NCBI RefSeq assembly: GCF_039654945.1
Contig: NW_027361725.1
Coordinates: 11,718,001 to 11,782,000 of the forward strand
Direction: 5' to 3'
DNA from: Dendrobates tinctorius
Taxonomy: Eukaryota
DNA: 64,000 bases
Shown here: positions 13,031-25,011 of the stretch, one piece after another
How positions within the stretch are numbered: position 1 is the stretch's first letter
Layout: the number at the start of each line of letters is the position of its first letter
The notes under the pieces: model-generated
What the model was told of the DNA's origin: nothing
The model's database searches: none
The model's input: only the letters and a program-made list of their open reading frames with translations
Made by a program: the position numbers and the translations under genes

Positions 13031-15448
13031 CGGACATTCATACATACATACACACCCACATTGAGCTTTATATATTACATTAAATGTAAAAAAGACATGG
13101 ACCAGAGGGTAAATGGGACACGTAAGAGGATTCAAAAGGGGGTAAAATCAAGTAGATAAAGGTGAGAGGGGTTTTTCACAAAAAGTAAAGGGTAGCAAGG
13201 TAGTCTTTATTAGACAAAGCAGGGAATACTAATGAACTTCCAGTATAGTGACAAAAAAAATCATCAGTCCATCTATATTTATGGTATATCATGGGGTATT
13301 AGGGTTAGGGGTGTGTTAAGGTTAGGTTTGCGGTTAGGGTTAGGGTTGGGATTAGGGTTAGGGGTAGGGATGAGCGAGTATACTCGTTAGGATTCGGTAC
13401 TCGGCGAGTAAGGCGATACTCGCGGTACTCGAATCCTAGCGAGTAAATTTCACTACTCGCCTCGCAATATTCGGATCTCCCGCCCGGCATGTGTTAGCCA
13501 ATCACAATAAAGCCACCGCCTTCTTTTTTGTGGCATTACTGTGATTGTCTGGCCGCATAGCATCACTGTATTGCTGGAGCCCCTGGAGAGCGGTCACATC
13601 AGCTGATGCAGCTGCTTTCCACGGGAGATCGGTGGAAAGGTGATTATAGGTTGCTTTATTATTTTAATTTTTTTACAGGTGATCGAAGACTTCGGGGAAT
13701 TAGGTGTGTGCTGTATGTACTCTATGTTATGTGTTGTTTGTTATGTGTATTTACTGTATGTTATACAGTATATTGTATGTTCTGTATGTCTATTTTTTTT
13801 TACATTCACCACATTAGCCGGATGATGGGAATACTAATTTGCCTTCATCCTCTAATGCTGTCACTGTAGCGGGCATAGCCGGATGGGACAAGTACAGGCC
13901 GCACAGCCAGCACAGCATTGCTACAGCCCACACAGAGTCCGTACACAGCCTGGCACAGGCCCCGCACAGCCCGGCACAGGCCTGCACAGCCCCGCACAGG
14001 CCCTGCACAGCGCCGGCAGAAGCCGGCACAGCACCACACAGGTCCGGCAGAGCCCGCAGAGCCCGGCACCCCCCCCACACACACAGCTCCACAGACCCCC
14101 ACACACATTCTCCGCACACATTCTCCATGCACACATAGTCTCCGGCCACACACATTCTCTGCCCATTACTCGCATTTCCCATAGACTTACTGCTAGGAAC
14201 GGCGGAACGCACTAAATAAAAATAAATAATAAAGTGCGTTCGCCGTTCGGAGTCACCGTGCAGTAGGTGATATAACCGCTGCTGGGTGATGGCAGGAGCA
14301 ATATAGCGGTATGATGCACACGGGTTCAACTTCACCCGGAGTGTGCAGAGCGGGCTCTGTTCACACACAGAGGTGCCGCAACAAAAACATACAAAACACT
14401 GAACCTGTTAGTGACACAGGCTTCAGGTAGCATACAAAACGCTGAACCTCTTAGTGACACAGTCTTCAGGTAAATGCACACACGGTATCTGGTCACAGGA
14501 GCAGGACCCAAGACAGAGGAGCTGCGTCCCTCTAGACCTACCATGTGTGCGGCGTCGCTGCTGCGAATGCCAAGAAGGGCTGCAACTGCAGCGCGGCATA
14601 GAACACTGCCGCTCGACGACAAAGCCAGATAGCAAGCGCGATGTCGGACGCTAGCGTAGTGGTGCGGTGAGCACAGTGGCTTAAGGCTTGCCACTGACTG
14701 GCGCTGACTGCTAAACTAATTCCCTATCACCATGCATAATATCAGAGGGAAGGGGTTTCAAATGAGTCAGTCACCAGAATCATACGCCCGTCACCATTCA
14801 CACATAGCAAGTATAGTCTATACTAGCGCATGACGGAATGGCCATGTGCACTTTTTATAGCCGTGCGGGACCTTCCAGATCTCCAAGATGGACCAATGAG
14901 ATCTGGAACAGGACCTGGACACATGACTCCCGATCTCCAAAGGGAGATCGTCTCGTGAGCATGCCCAGTAGGAGCACAGAGGGACTTAGTCTCTGGAGCG
15001 GTCTGCTGCAAAGCAATCTCCTCTGCAGTGGAAAGACAGCAGGAGACCGCAGAATGTGAAGCTCTGGATTCCTGCAGAGCAGACGCAGAAACCTGACGCC
15101 TAACATTACCCCTCCTCCTAAGGCCTCCTCCTCTCTGGACCTTCCAATCCACCACCCTGTGCCCATCAGAGGCATAGGCCTCAGATTCGTCCGAAGGCAA
15201 GTCTGGTGTCCCGGTAGGTGACACGGAAAACCGGGACACGTGGAAGGTATCAGAGGTGGCAAGATCACCAGGTTTAAGAAGGGACACGTGGGAGACCACG
15301 GAGCGGAAAAATCGCCCAGAGCATAAGTTGAAGTGGGACGCCGCGGTGTGTCGGCGGACGTCTCCACTCTCTGTTTAAGGAAGCTTACCCGAGCACATGA
15401 GGCGCATTCCTGAATATATTTTTTAATGTCCCGAGCCCTGTGTGGCCA

Positions 15449-16456
15449 CTAATACGACCCTGCCAGGAGTTTTGTGGTCTGCATGTAGCCACAGTGACCA
15501 CCTGCCCTGGACACGTGTGCCCACGCGAGAACCTTCGGCCGAAGGCGAGGGGGGACAAAGGTCTTGCCCGGTGGCACAGAGTTTGGCCATTGCAGGACCC
15601 TGTTGTTCTGAGACACCGCGTGTTGACAGATTTGACCGCAACTGGAGTCTTGTGCCAGACACGCCTGGAGAACGGCGCGAGACACCTCCATGGGCTCTTG
15701 GAGTGGAACCTCTGGCTTGGGTAGTTCCAGAGGCTCAAAAAAATTGGGAGCCGGAGTAACCTTCTGTTTGGATTGAGCACGCTTCATACCACGCTCAGAA
15801 AAACAGAGGTCAATGCGGGTGGAGATGGCAATCAGCTCTTCCAAACTGGCAGGAACCTCTCTAGAGAAGAGAACATCTTTAACGTGCTCAGCCAAACCTC
15901 TCCAAAACACAGGGATGAGGGCTTTATCAGACCACTTCAACTCGGAAGCCAGTGTCCGAAAACGGACGGCATACTGACTAACCGAGAGAGAACCCTGGGT
16001 CAAAGCAAATAGCTGTAGGGAGATGTCGTGCGTGATCCATGGACCGAGGAAGACCTGCTTAATAGCTGTTAAAAACTGAGCAGCAGTCCGAACCTCTGGG
16101 TCACCACGCTCCCACAGTGGCGTAGCCCACTCCAACGTATTGCCCGACAGTAGGGATACAATAAACCCCACCTTGGCCCGTTCCATAGGGAATCGCGCAG
16201 CCAGTAACTCCAGCTGAATGGAGCACTGGCTGATGAAACCCCTACAGGAGGCGCCATCGCCAGAAAATTTATCGGGCAATGGGAGGTTGGTAACTGTCGG
16301 TGCCGGGGAGGACGTGGACATACGGGAAACCGCGTCTGTGATTGCCTTTACAGCAGCTTCGGTGGATTGTGCAGCTGAGAGAGCCCTCTCAAGAGTGGCC
16401 AGCCGGCCCTCAAGCTGCCGTATACACTGTAACAGTTGCTGCTGTTCTGCCATCAC
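15449..16456 (-). CDS. Sushi/PEG10/RTL1-like Gag (coiled coil plus capsid) fused in frame to an integrase zinc-binding fragment, 335 aa
   Basis: LPDKFSGD...CRGFISQC, LLSGNTLEWATPLWE and LTQGSLSVSQYAVRFRTLA match retrotransposon Gag. The C-terminal FVPPRLRPKVLAWAHVSRAGGHCG resembles the integrase H2C2 region. Confidence 0.8.
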   Translation of the reverse strand: MMAEQQQLLQCIRQLEGRLATLERALSAAQSTEAAVKAITDAVSRMSTSSPAPTVTNLPLPDKFSGDGASCRGFISQCSIQLELLAARFPMERAKVGFIVSLLSGNTLEWATPLWERGDPEVRTAAQFLTAIKQVFLGPWITHDISLQLFALTQGSLSVSQYAVRFRTLASELKWSDKALIPVFWRGLAEHVKDVLFSREVPASLEELIAISTRIDLCFSERGMKRAQSKQKVTPAPNFFEPLELPKPEVPLQEPMEVSRAVLQACLAQDSSCGQICQHAVSQNNRVLQWPNSVPPGKTFVPPRLRPKVLAWAHVSRAGGHCGYMQTTKLLAGSY

Positions 16457-16469
16457 TAGCCAGACCCTG

Positions 16470-16480
16470 GCGCTAGTATA
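16470..16480 (-). promoter_or_regulatory. Self-priming PBS of LTR family B
   Basis: Minus-strand TATACTAGCGC lies 1 nt from the 5' LTR; its exact complement is in both LTRs (17073-17083, 14819-14829). Confidence 0.8.
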
Positions 16481-18740
16481 ATGTTAGGAATGGCAGAACG
16501 CACTAAATAAAAATAAATTATAAAGTGCGTTCGCCGCTCGGGGTCCACCGTGCAGTAGGTGATATAACCGCTGCTGAGTGATGGCAAGAGCAATATAGCG
16601 GTATGATGCACACGGGTTCAACTTCACCCGGAGTGTGCAGAGCCTGTTAGTGACACAGGCTTCAGGTAGCATACAAAACGCTGAACCTCTTAGTGACACA
16701 GTCTTCAGGTAAATGCACACACGGTATCCGGTCACAGGAGCAGGACCCAAGACAGAGGAGCTGCGTCCCTCTAGACCTACCGTGTGTGCGGCGTCGCTGC
16801 TGCGAATGCCAAGAAGGGCTGCAACTGCAGCGCGGCGTAGAACACTGCCGCTCGACGACAAAGCCAGATAGCAAGCGCGATGTCGGACGCTAGCGTAGCG
16901 GTGTGGTGAGCACAGTGGCTTAAGGCTTGCCACTGACTGGCGCTGACTGCTAAACTAATTCCCTGTCACCATGCGTAATATCAGAGGGAAGGGGTTTCAA
17001 ATGAGTCAGTCATACATCCGTCAAATGAGTCAGTCATACATCCGTCACCATTCACACATAGCAAGTATAGTCTATACTAGCGCATGACGGAATGGCCATG
17101 CGCACTTTTTACAGCTGAGATGGACCAATGAGATCTGGAACAGGACCTGGACACATGACTCCCGATCTCCAAAGGGAGATCGTCTCGTGAGCATGCCCAG
17201 TAGGAGCACAGAGGGACTTAGTCTCTGGAGCGGTCAGCTGCAACGTAATCTCCTCTGCAGTAGAAAGACAGCAGGAGACCGCAGAATGTGAGGCTCTGGA
17301 TTCCTGCAGAGCAGACGCAGAAACCTGACGCCTAACACTTACATTGGACTCGTTACGAGTACCCGAGTATTAGGAGCTACTCGTAACGATTACAGCGAGT
17401 CCGAGTATTTCACTACTCACTCATCCCTAGTTAGGGGTGTGTTGGGGTTAGGGTTGGAGTTAGATTTGGGGGGTTTCCACTGTTTAGGTGCATCAGGGGC
17501 TCTCCAAACACGACCTGCGTCTGATCTCATTTCGAGCCAATTCTGCGTTGAAAAAGTCAAACGGTTCTCCTTCCCTTCCAAGCTCTGCCATGCACCCAAA
17601 CAATGGTTTACCCCCACATTTGGGGTATCAGCATACTCAGAACAAATTGTACAACAATGTTTGGGGTCCAATTTCTCCTTTTACCCTTGGCAAAATAAAA
17701 AATTGGGAGCAAAAAGATCATTTTTATGAAAAAAATAAGATTTATTTTTACAGCTCTACATTATAAACTTCTGTGAAACACTTGGGGGTTCAAAATGCTC
17801 ACCACACATCTAGATACGTTCCTTAGGAGGTCTGCTTTCCAAAATGGCGTCACTTGTGGGGGGTTTCTACTGTTTAGGCACATCAGGAGCTCTTCAAACA
17901 ATACATGGCATCCGATCTCAATTCCAGCCAATTTTGCATTGAAAAGTCAAACGGCGCTCCTTCCCTTCTGAGCTCTGCCATGCGCCCAAACAGTGGTTTA
18001 CCTGCATATATGGGGTATCAGCGTACTCAGGACAAATTGTAAAGCAACTTTTGGGGTCCAATTTCTCCTGTTACCCTTTGTTGGTAAAATAAAACAAATT
18101 GGATCTGAAGTAAAATTTTTGTGAAAAAAAGTTAAATGATCATTTTTTTTAAACATTTCAAAAATTCCTTTGAAGCACCTGAAGGGTTAATATACTTCTT
18201 GAATGTGGTTTTGAGTACCTTGAGGGGTGCAGTTTTTAGAATGGTGCTACCTTTGGGTATTTTCTATCATATATACCCCTCAAAGTGACTTCAAATGTGA
18301 GGTAGCCTCTAAAAAAAATGGTTTTCTAAAATTTGTTGAAAAAATTAGAAATTGCTGGTCAAATTTTAAGCCTTATAACTTCCTAACAAAAAAAAAAAAT
18401 GTGGTTCCAACATTGTGCTGATGTAAAGTAGACATGTGGGAAATGCTATTTATTAACTATTTTGTGTGATATGACTCTGATTTAAGGGCATAAAAATTAA
18501 AAGTTGGAAAATTGCGAAATTTTCTAAATTTTCTCCAAATTTCCATTTTTTCACAAATAAGTGCAAGTCATATTGAAGAAATTTTACTACTATCCTAATA
18601 TGTCACGAGAAAGCAGTTTGAGAATCAGTGGGATCCATTGAAGCATTCTAGAGTTATTACCTCATAAAGGGACAGTGGTCAGAATGTGAAAACTGGCTGG
18701 GTTGCAAAGGAGTTAAAAAACACCATCTTATGAAGCCTTA

Positions 18741-19690
18741 GGCTGTGTTCACACGTCGCGGCTTCTTCGCGGCGGTTTTAAACGCGCGATTTTGCCGCGA
18801 AAACGCGAAAAATAAGCATCCCATGCATTTCTATGGGATTCCGCAATGCTGTGCTAATGCTGCGGTTTTTTCCAAGGGTGGAATCGCTTTGCAGTAAAAA
18901 ATGCAGCATGCTCATTAATTTAGCGTAATCGCGGCGATTCCGTCCACATAGGAATGCATTGCTCTGCTTACTTTCCGCATGTGGCTGTGCCCACCATGCG
19001 AAAAGTAAGCAGAACATTTGCGCATGGTATCCACGATCCGGAGGAGAGGAGACTGTTCTCCGGGCTATGGGTACCATATCCCTGTAAAAAATAGAATTAA
19101 AATACAAAATATTGTTATTCTCACCTTCCGGTGTCCCGCGCAGCCTTCCCGCCTCTCTCCACACTCCCGGCATCTTCCAGTCCCAGTAATCCTTTGCGAG
19201 AATGACGTTGTGGTCTCGCGGGAGCACAACGTCTTGCGGTCATTCGCGATGACATCGCGGGACCGCGACGTGTGGCGGTCATTTGCGCAAAGGAATACTG
19301 GGACCGGAAGATGCTGGGAGCATGGAGGGAGGCGGGAAGGCTGCGCGGGATGCCGGAAGGTGAGAATAACAATATTTTTTATTTTTTTAAATTATTTTTT
19401 ACATCCTATCTTTTACTACTGATGCAGCATAGGCGGCCTCAGTAGTAAAAAGTTGGTCACACTCGTCAAACACTATGTTTGACGAGTGTGACCAACCTGT
19501 CAATCAGTTCTCCAAGCGATGCTCCAGATCGCTTGGAAAACACTAGCATTCTGTAAGCTAATTGAGCTTGCAAATCGCTTGTTTTTCCACGGGAAAATCG
19601 CAGGAATTTAAATGCGATTTTCACGCGGAATGGAATTCCGGAATTCTCGCGGTAACTTCCACGAGAGTTCCGCTACGTGTAAATGTAGCC
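18741..19690. mobile_element. PIF/Harbinger-like non-autonomous element
   Basis: Imperfect TIR GGCTGTGTTCACACGT / ACGTGTAAATGTAGCC flanked by TTA on both sides; large internal palindrome. Confidence 0.75.
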
Positions 19691-20566
19691 TTAAAGGGGT
19701 TGTGCCATCTGGAAAAAAAATGACATTTTAAACAGTGTTAGTGTCTGGTAGAGGTCTGTCTCACCACCAGGACCCACATGTGTCTTGAGAACCTCTCCTG
19801 TCCAGATAGCAGTATGGCACTGCCATTATACAACTCTGTTCTGTACTAGCCACTTACTCTACCAATTAGTCCCCCTAATGGCAAATAGAAATAGTTATGT
19901 AGAATCAGTGAGCGCTATCTTGCTCATAAAGACTTCTCACATCTTTATGCAAGTAATTTGGAAAACAGTATGAGCCTCCATTTCTTCATGTTCTCCATAA
20001 GAACGCTCACGTAGCCGGCCACTTCTGTTCGCTACATTCTCTGTAGGTGTAAAATGTCAGGAGCGCAAATGCGATTTTAATTGGAATACAATTTTGGACG
20101 GCAGCGGATACAAGAGAGGAATAATGCTAAAAGAGGAGAGTGCTGATGTAATACAATTATACCTGCCAGGATATAACTTACGCTGCAAGGATAGCCAATG
20201 AAAACGCCAGTAGATGACTTTGGCGGAGCGCTCTACGTGGTGAACACGTCTTATTACATCGGATGGTTCTTCTTTCAAGGACTCAAAAGATACTTCCGAA
20301 AATTCTAATCCCTGTCCATTTTGTATATATGGTATGTACGGTACATATGTATATAAAAATATGTACTCACACACATATCACAAATATGAGTAAATAGGAC
20401 ACACACACCCTACTACTACTACTAATTCCATTAGACATTAACATGAAGCATGGCCATCAGCTAAAAGTCGCAGGGGCTGACTAATATAAGTACATTTTTC
20501 ATTATCTGATTTTGGAGTGACGCTCCACACAGATACAGAGATATTTTGATAGATATGGGTTGTGTA

Positions 20567-20900
20567 CAGGGCCGGACTGGTCATTTTGGCAATTCTGGCA
20601 AATGCCAGAAGGGTCTGTCTGGTCGTGGGCTGCCTTATCTGCTTTGTCATTAATAGAATCGGTGTTCTCAAGACACCCATACTGTTAAGAGTTGTGACGG
20701 AGCACAAAGTCGCTGACTCCATCTCTTATCCCAGCAGGCCACGGGTATCATTAGAAATATTGGTCTTGTAGTAAATCTTGCATTCCTGCATCCAGAGTAA
20801 TATTAGTAATATATCCATATCTGGTGCTCGGGGATGCGGACAACATGGGCCTGTGTGATTTCAAATGCCAGGACTGAATTTCAGCCCCAGTCCGTACCTG
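20567..20900. mobile_element. hAT MITE
   Basis: TIR CAGGGCCGGACTGG / CCAGTCCGTACCTG; exact 8-bp TSD GTTGTGTA. Confidence 0.85.
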
Positions 20901-23611
20901 GTTGTGTATTAGATGAATTGATATGAAATAAACAAGTAGATAGTTTGCTGTACAGTGAAGATGACAGGTTTAGAAACGTTTGCACAGTAAATACTTATCT
21001 ACAGTAAGGCCCTTTTAACCAAACTTTGCACTGACAAATAGGGACGATTTTTGGCGCTGAATTGAGAGCCACAGTTGCTGCTCCCGGCTCCAGAAATCTT
21101 CCCATCTGTGTGACATGGAATATGCAATTTGTAGAGATGACAGGTTATTGTGTGGTTTCGGCACTGCTGTCTGGGGATGTGCACATTCTAAGTGTTACAT
21201 TCTGACGAGATTTCACACCTAAACATTCAGCATTAGAATGTCTCATACATGCAGAGGGTACGGGGCCTTCAGGATAAACATTTCTGCCATGATGAAAATT
21301 CTATCAGACAGTGCACAAAAATAATTAAATTCTAAGAATACGGCTAAATATCACTAAAAAAAAAGCAGTTGAATAGGAAAAAGACATCTTTAAGACATTT
21401 TCTAATAAATTACTTACTAAAAATGAACCTTGTGACCCAATTTATATCATTCCACCACAACTCAAACCATTCTGTTGTGTGATATTGGCTGCCATAGTAC
21501 ATAGATATTCCCCTCTGGAAGCTGAGTGGAGTATGACGGCATGAGGGCACATTAATATCAGCCCACAAATAACTACAGCTCCAGTATATAGAAAGGAGTT
21601 CATGTTCCACAAAAAACCTTCCATGTACTAATTTTCTATCAGCCTTCAATGGGTTTATTAAAAAAATGTAGTTAAATATCTTGTGACTATCCCCAAGTTC
21701 CCGTGATTCTTCCACCGTTTTCCTTTTTGTGCTACGTTGCTCCTTTGCAGAGATAAACACATTTGTTCCTTTTGGAGAGCAGCAAGTGAAATTTCTCCTT
21801 TCAGTCCACCTTTTTCAGAGTCTTCTCTGGGGGTGTGTGCTTTCACCCCTCTCTCCCAGATGCTGCCAATCACAGCTCAGAAGCTGATCTAGCAGTTTAG
21901 CAATCTCAATCTGACTGGCAGCATCTGGGACGGAGGAGTGACAGCTTACGTTCCAGAGAAGACTTTGAAGAAACGTCCAGTTGCACTGTAAGCAGAGATT
22001 TCACATATCACACTCAAAATGAAACAAATGTGAATATCTCAGAAATTAAGTGATGCAACGCAAAATGGAAAATAACGTCAGTAATTTTTCGAAGGTATTT
22101 AACTCAATTTTTTGAGCAAGTGACAGGTCCTCTTTAAGTCAGTAAGGAATATTGGGAAATTGATTGATTTATATCTTATGAATCAATATACAGTATTATA
22201 TATAAATACATACACACACACACGATACGCGCAGGTTCACCTTTGACCCTTTACTTTAAATCTTCCATTCTCCCTTGTCTCCTGACCATCCACAACTTCC
22301 ACGGTTATATTTAGCCAGGATTTGACTTATCTCTGGAGCATATTACAGCCCAGAGACTTCGGCGTTGCTGCAGATCTGTGTGGCGGTAATAGAATTTGGT
22401 GCACATTGAAACCCTTAGGCTTCTTTAAACAGAAAGCTGTCTAATCTAGTTAGAAGTTGCAGACGAGCACAATTACTGCTCTATCAACGAGCCCTGACAT
22501 TGATTAGTGGGATAGTGGTTACACTGACAAGAGAACACACTGCACATAGCAAATCTACTCTCCACTTTCTGTTTCAGCACATAGTCATATGTCAGGACAC
22601 CTGCTCATAATGGGTTTGGAATGTGAGGTCTAACGATTTGTGTCTGGGTAATAAGGGGTTAAAATATTAATGAAATAAAATTTCATTACTTTACATACTT
22701 TAAACAACACATACCACCTATCCACAGGATAGGCATATGTATTATCACTAGTGGTCTGGCTGTTGAGACACGTAACCAGATCGCGGGGTCCAAAGTATTG
22801 AGCATGTAGACAGTGAATGGGGAGGTAGCGAGCATGTGTGAGGAGAGCCAAGGCCATAGTCGTGGCTGAAGATTGCTCAAACACGCCCTTGTCACCTGAC
22901 ACATACATACAATGTTCCCTTTGCAGCGTACCTTCTTTAACGCCTTCTGTGCCATCAGGGTCCCCTCTGATCTGCTGGGGGTACACTCCTATTGGCTGCA
23001 CACACAGAGACACAGAGTCCAGCTTCAACTCATAACAAACAACTTTACTCCAATTCTTTCGCAGTACGTTCAGTTCAGTTACAGCAACTTCACAGGGAAC
23101 ATCACAGTACACATCCTTGTCTATTCCTGTGCTTTTCCCTATTTCTAGAATGCTCCCGGGTCGTACCGACTCATTCGGTACCGCAGCATTCCTTCTGTCC
23201 AGCTTACCTATCTTCAGGAGTTCTGTCCATTTTGCCCCAGACATTAGGGCATCTGCTCACGGAGTCAGTTGCCACATCTTGCTGCTGCCCTGCATTCCAC
23301 TGTTGCTTTGTCCTTCAGTTCCCAAGCCCTGGACGACTGGGCTCCTAGGTTGAAACGTTACGGGGTCCACTGTGTTGCCCCGGGCTCTAAGGCCCTACAG
23401 AACTGTCTGGGCTCCCTGGCCTACTAATAACATTCAGGAAATACTCCTGTCCTACCCACAACAGGCCCCTCCTAATTTAACTAGTTGTTATACTAAACTC
23501 TTATTCCTATCCTACTATGCACCCCTCTAGTGGCTAACCTTATAACTTCACTTTCCCTATCTACACAACATACAGTATATATATAAATATATATACATAT
23601 ACTGTATACTG

Positions 23612-24876
23612 TAGGGGTTGGACAAAATAATGGAAACACCTAACGTTTTGGCATCCTATTCTTCGAACTTGTTTTAAACATGCAAACCGTGACATATGGT
23701 AATGTTTTATAATTGATTATTTGTGTTATGTGATATGTGTATGTAAAGTAACTGTTTTGCAGAATTGTAAGAACAATGATGAGAACCTGATACCAATGGC
23801 AGACCTCTCGGATTTTCAAAGAGCCCAAATTATTGGTGCTCGTATGGCAGGCGCTAGTGTAACAGAAAGTGCCCGAATGCTTGGCGTGTCAAGAGGTACT
23901 GTCTTCAAAGTAATGACTGCATTTGAAAGAGAAGGAAAAATGTCCGCAGCAGAGCACAGGTCCGGCCGAAAGTCGAAGTTGACTGAGAGAGACCGTCAGA
24001 CTCTAAAGCGAATTGTGAGAGAGGATAGCAAGACCACGGCTCTGAAAATGACTACTGAGCTCAATGAACACCTACAGAACCCAGTTTCCACGAAAACTGT
24101 TCATCAGGAGCTGCACAAATCTGGATTCCATGGAAGAGCTGCAATTAGAAAACCGCTGCTCTCAATGACAAATGTTTCCAAGCGTTTAGTAGAGTGGTGT
24201 AGAAACCTCCAGAATTGGTCCCTCAAGCAGTGGAAACGTGATATTCTCATGCGAATCATCGTTTACCCTATTTCTGACCTCCGGGCGAGTGTACGTTTGG
24301 AGACAGCCGAAAGAAGCATACCATCCAGACTGCCTTCTCCCAACCGTAAAACATGGTGGAGGTTCTGTGATGATCTGGGGTGCTATTTCGTGGAGATCCA
24401 CCGGGCCAATGATATCCCTTCAAGGAAGAATTAACAGCCGAGATTATTTAGGCATTTTGGGCGACCAAGTGCATTCTATGGTTCAAGCACTGTACCCGGA
24501 GGGGAACGCCATCTTTCAGGATGATAATGCACCAATTCATACAGCTAGAATCGTTAAAGCATGGCACGAGGAACATTCTAATGAAGTTGAGCATCTCATC
24601 TGGCCCCCACAATCCCCAGACCTCAACATTATTGAGCATTTATGGTCGATTTTAGAGATTCACGTTAGACGTCGATTTACGCTGCCATCGTCGCTCAAAG
24701 AACTGGAGGGTGTTTAACTGAAGAATGGGCTACAATTCCTTTGGAAACAATTCACACCTTGTTTGAATCCATACCTTGGAGAATTGAGGCTGTAATCGCC
24801 GCAAAAGGTGGACCTACACCATACTAAACTAACTTTTGTTGATGTTTCCAGGTGTTTCCATTATTTTTTCCAACCC

Positions 24877-24879
<3 letters not shown>
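23612..24879 (+). mobile_element. Tc1/mariner element of DD36E (Incomer-like) type, full length but decayed
   Basis: ~29-bp TIR (C/T)AGGGGTTGGA(C/A)AAAATAATGGAAACACC at both ends, within a TA-rich site; 1.27 kb. Confidence 0.9.
23796..24827 (+). pseudogene. DD36E transposase pseudogene
   Basis: MADLSDFQRAQIIGAR...SGRKSKL; PTVKHGGGSVMIWG; FQDDNAPIH...SPDLNIIE with 36 residues between D and E; frameshifts; the first catalytic D appears altered (FSCES). Confidence 0.85.
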
Positions 24880-24907
<28 letters not shown>

Positions 24908-25011
24908 CATAACACCTTCAAGTACATTATATATACAAAATACAAACAATATAATACCAACTTGAGAAAAGGCAGTGGAGCATCACGTGATCTTGTTACA
25001 CCCCTTATACT

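Larger units (their letters stand above)
11515..13079 (-). mobile_element. Non-autonomous Helitron
   Basis: Minus-strand 3' end CTAG followed by T, with a subterminal GC hairpin (gccctgcgttgcctgggc). The 5' end is A|TGTAATATATAAAGCTCAATG (canonical TC altered) followed by a (TATG)n microsatellite. No TSD; internal tandem repeats. Confidence 0.7.
14191..17337 (-). mobile_element. Gag-only non-autonomous Ty3/Gypsy LTR element (family B)
   Basis: LTRs at 14191-15105 and 16482-17337; 5-bp TSD CTTAC; PPT AGGAGGAGGGGTAA adjacent to the 3' LTR; 1.4-kb interior without protease, RT or RNase H. Confidence 0.9.
13365..17429. mobile_element. Non-autonomous hAT element (~0.9 kb without the nested LTR element)
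   Basis: TIR TAGGGATGAGCGAGTA / TACTCACTCATCCCTA; exact 8-bp TSD GTTAGGGG (13357-13364, 17430-17437); repeated subterminal TACTCG/CGAGTA motifs. Confidence 0.9.
13292..18716. mobile_element. Truncated non-autonomous DNA element with telomere-like repeats, TTAA-ended (piggyBac/T2-like); host of the nested hAT and LTR elements
   Basis: A degenerate TTAGGG tract is split by the hAT insertion. Internal ~410-bp duplication (about 17470-17700 vs 17860-18090). Right end aaaggagttaa; left end not found. Confidence 0.45.
22836..25010. mobile_element. Probable solo LTR-like insertion splitting a minisatellite, itself interrupted by a Tc1 element
   Basis: The minisatellite unit stops near 22838 and resumes near 25012; TG/CA-like ends (tgtgagga..., ...gttaca). 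Ends and TSD are not clean. Confidence 0.35.

Noticed and set aside
15449-16456. PEG10/RTL1 orthologue
   Set aside because: It is flanked by intact LTRs and a TSD; those genes are mammalian domestications that lack LTRs.
22630-23244. 204-aa minus-strand ORF
   Set aside because: No recognisable domain; it crosses a repeat boundary.
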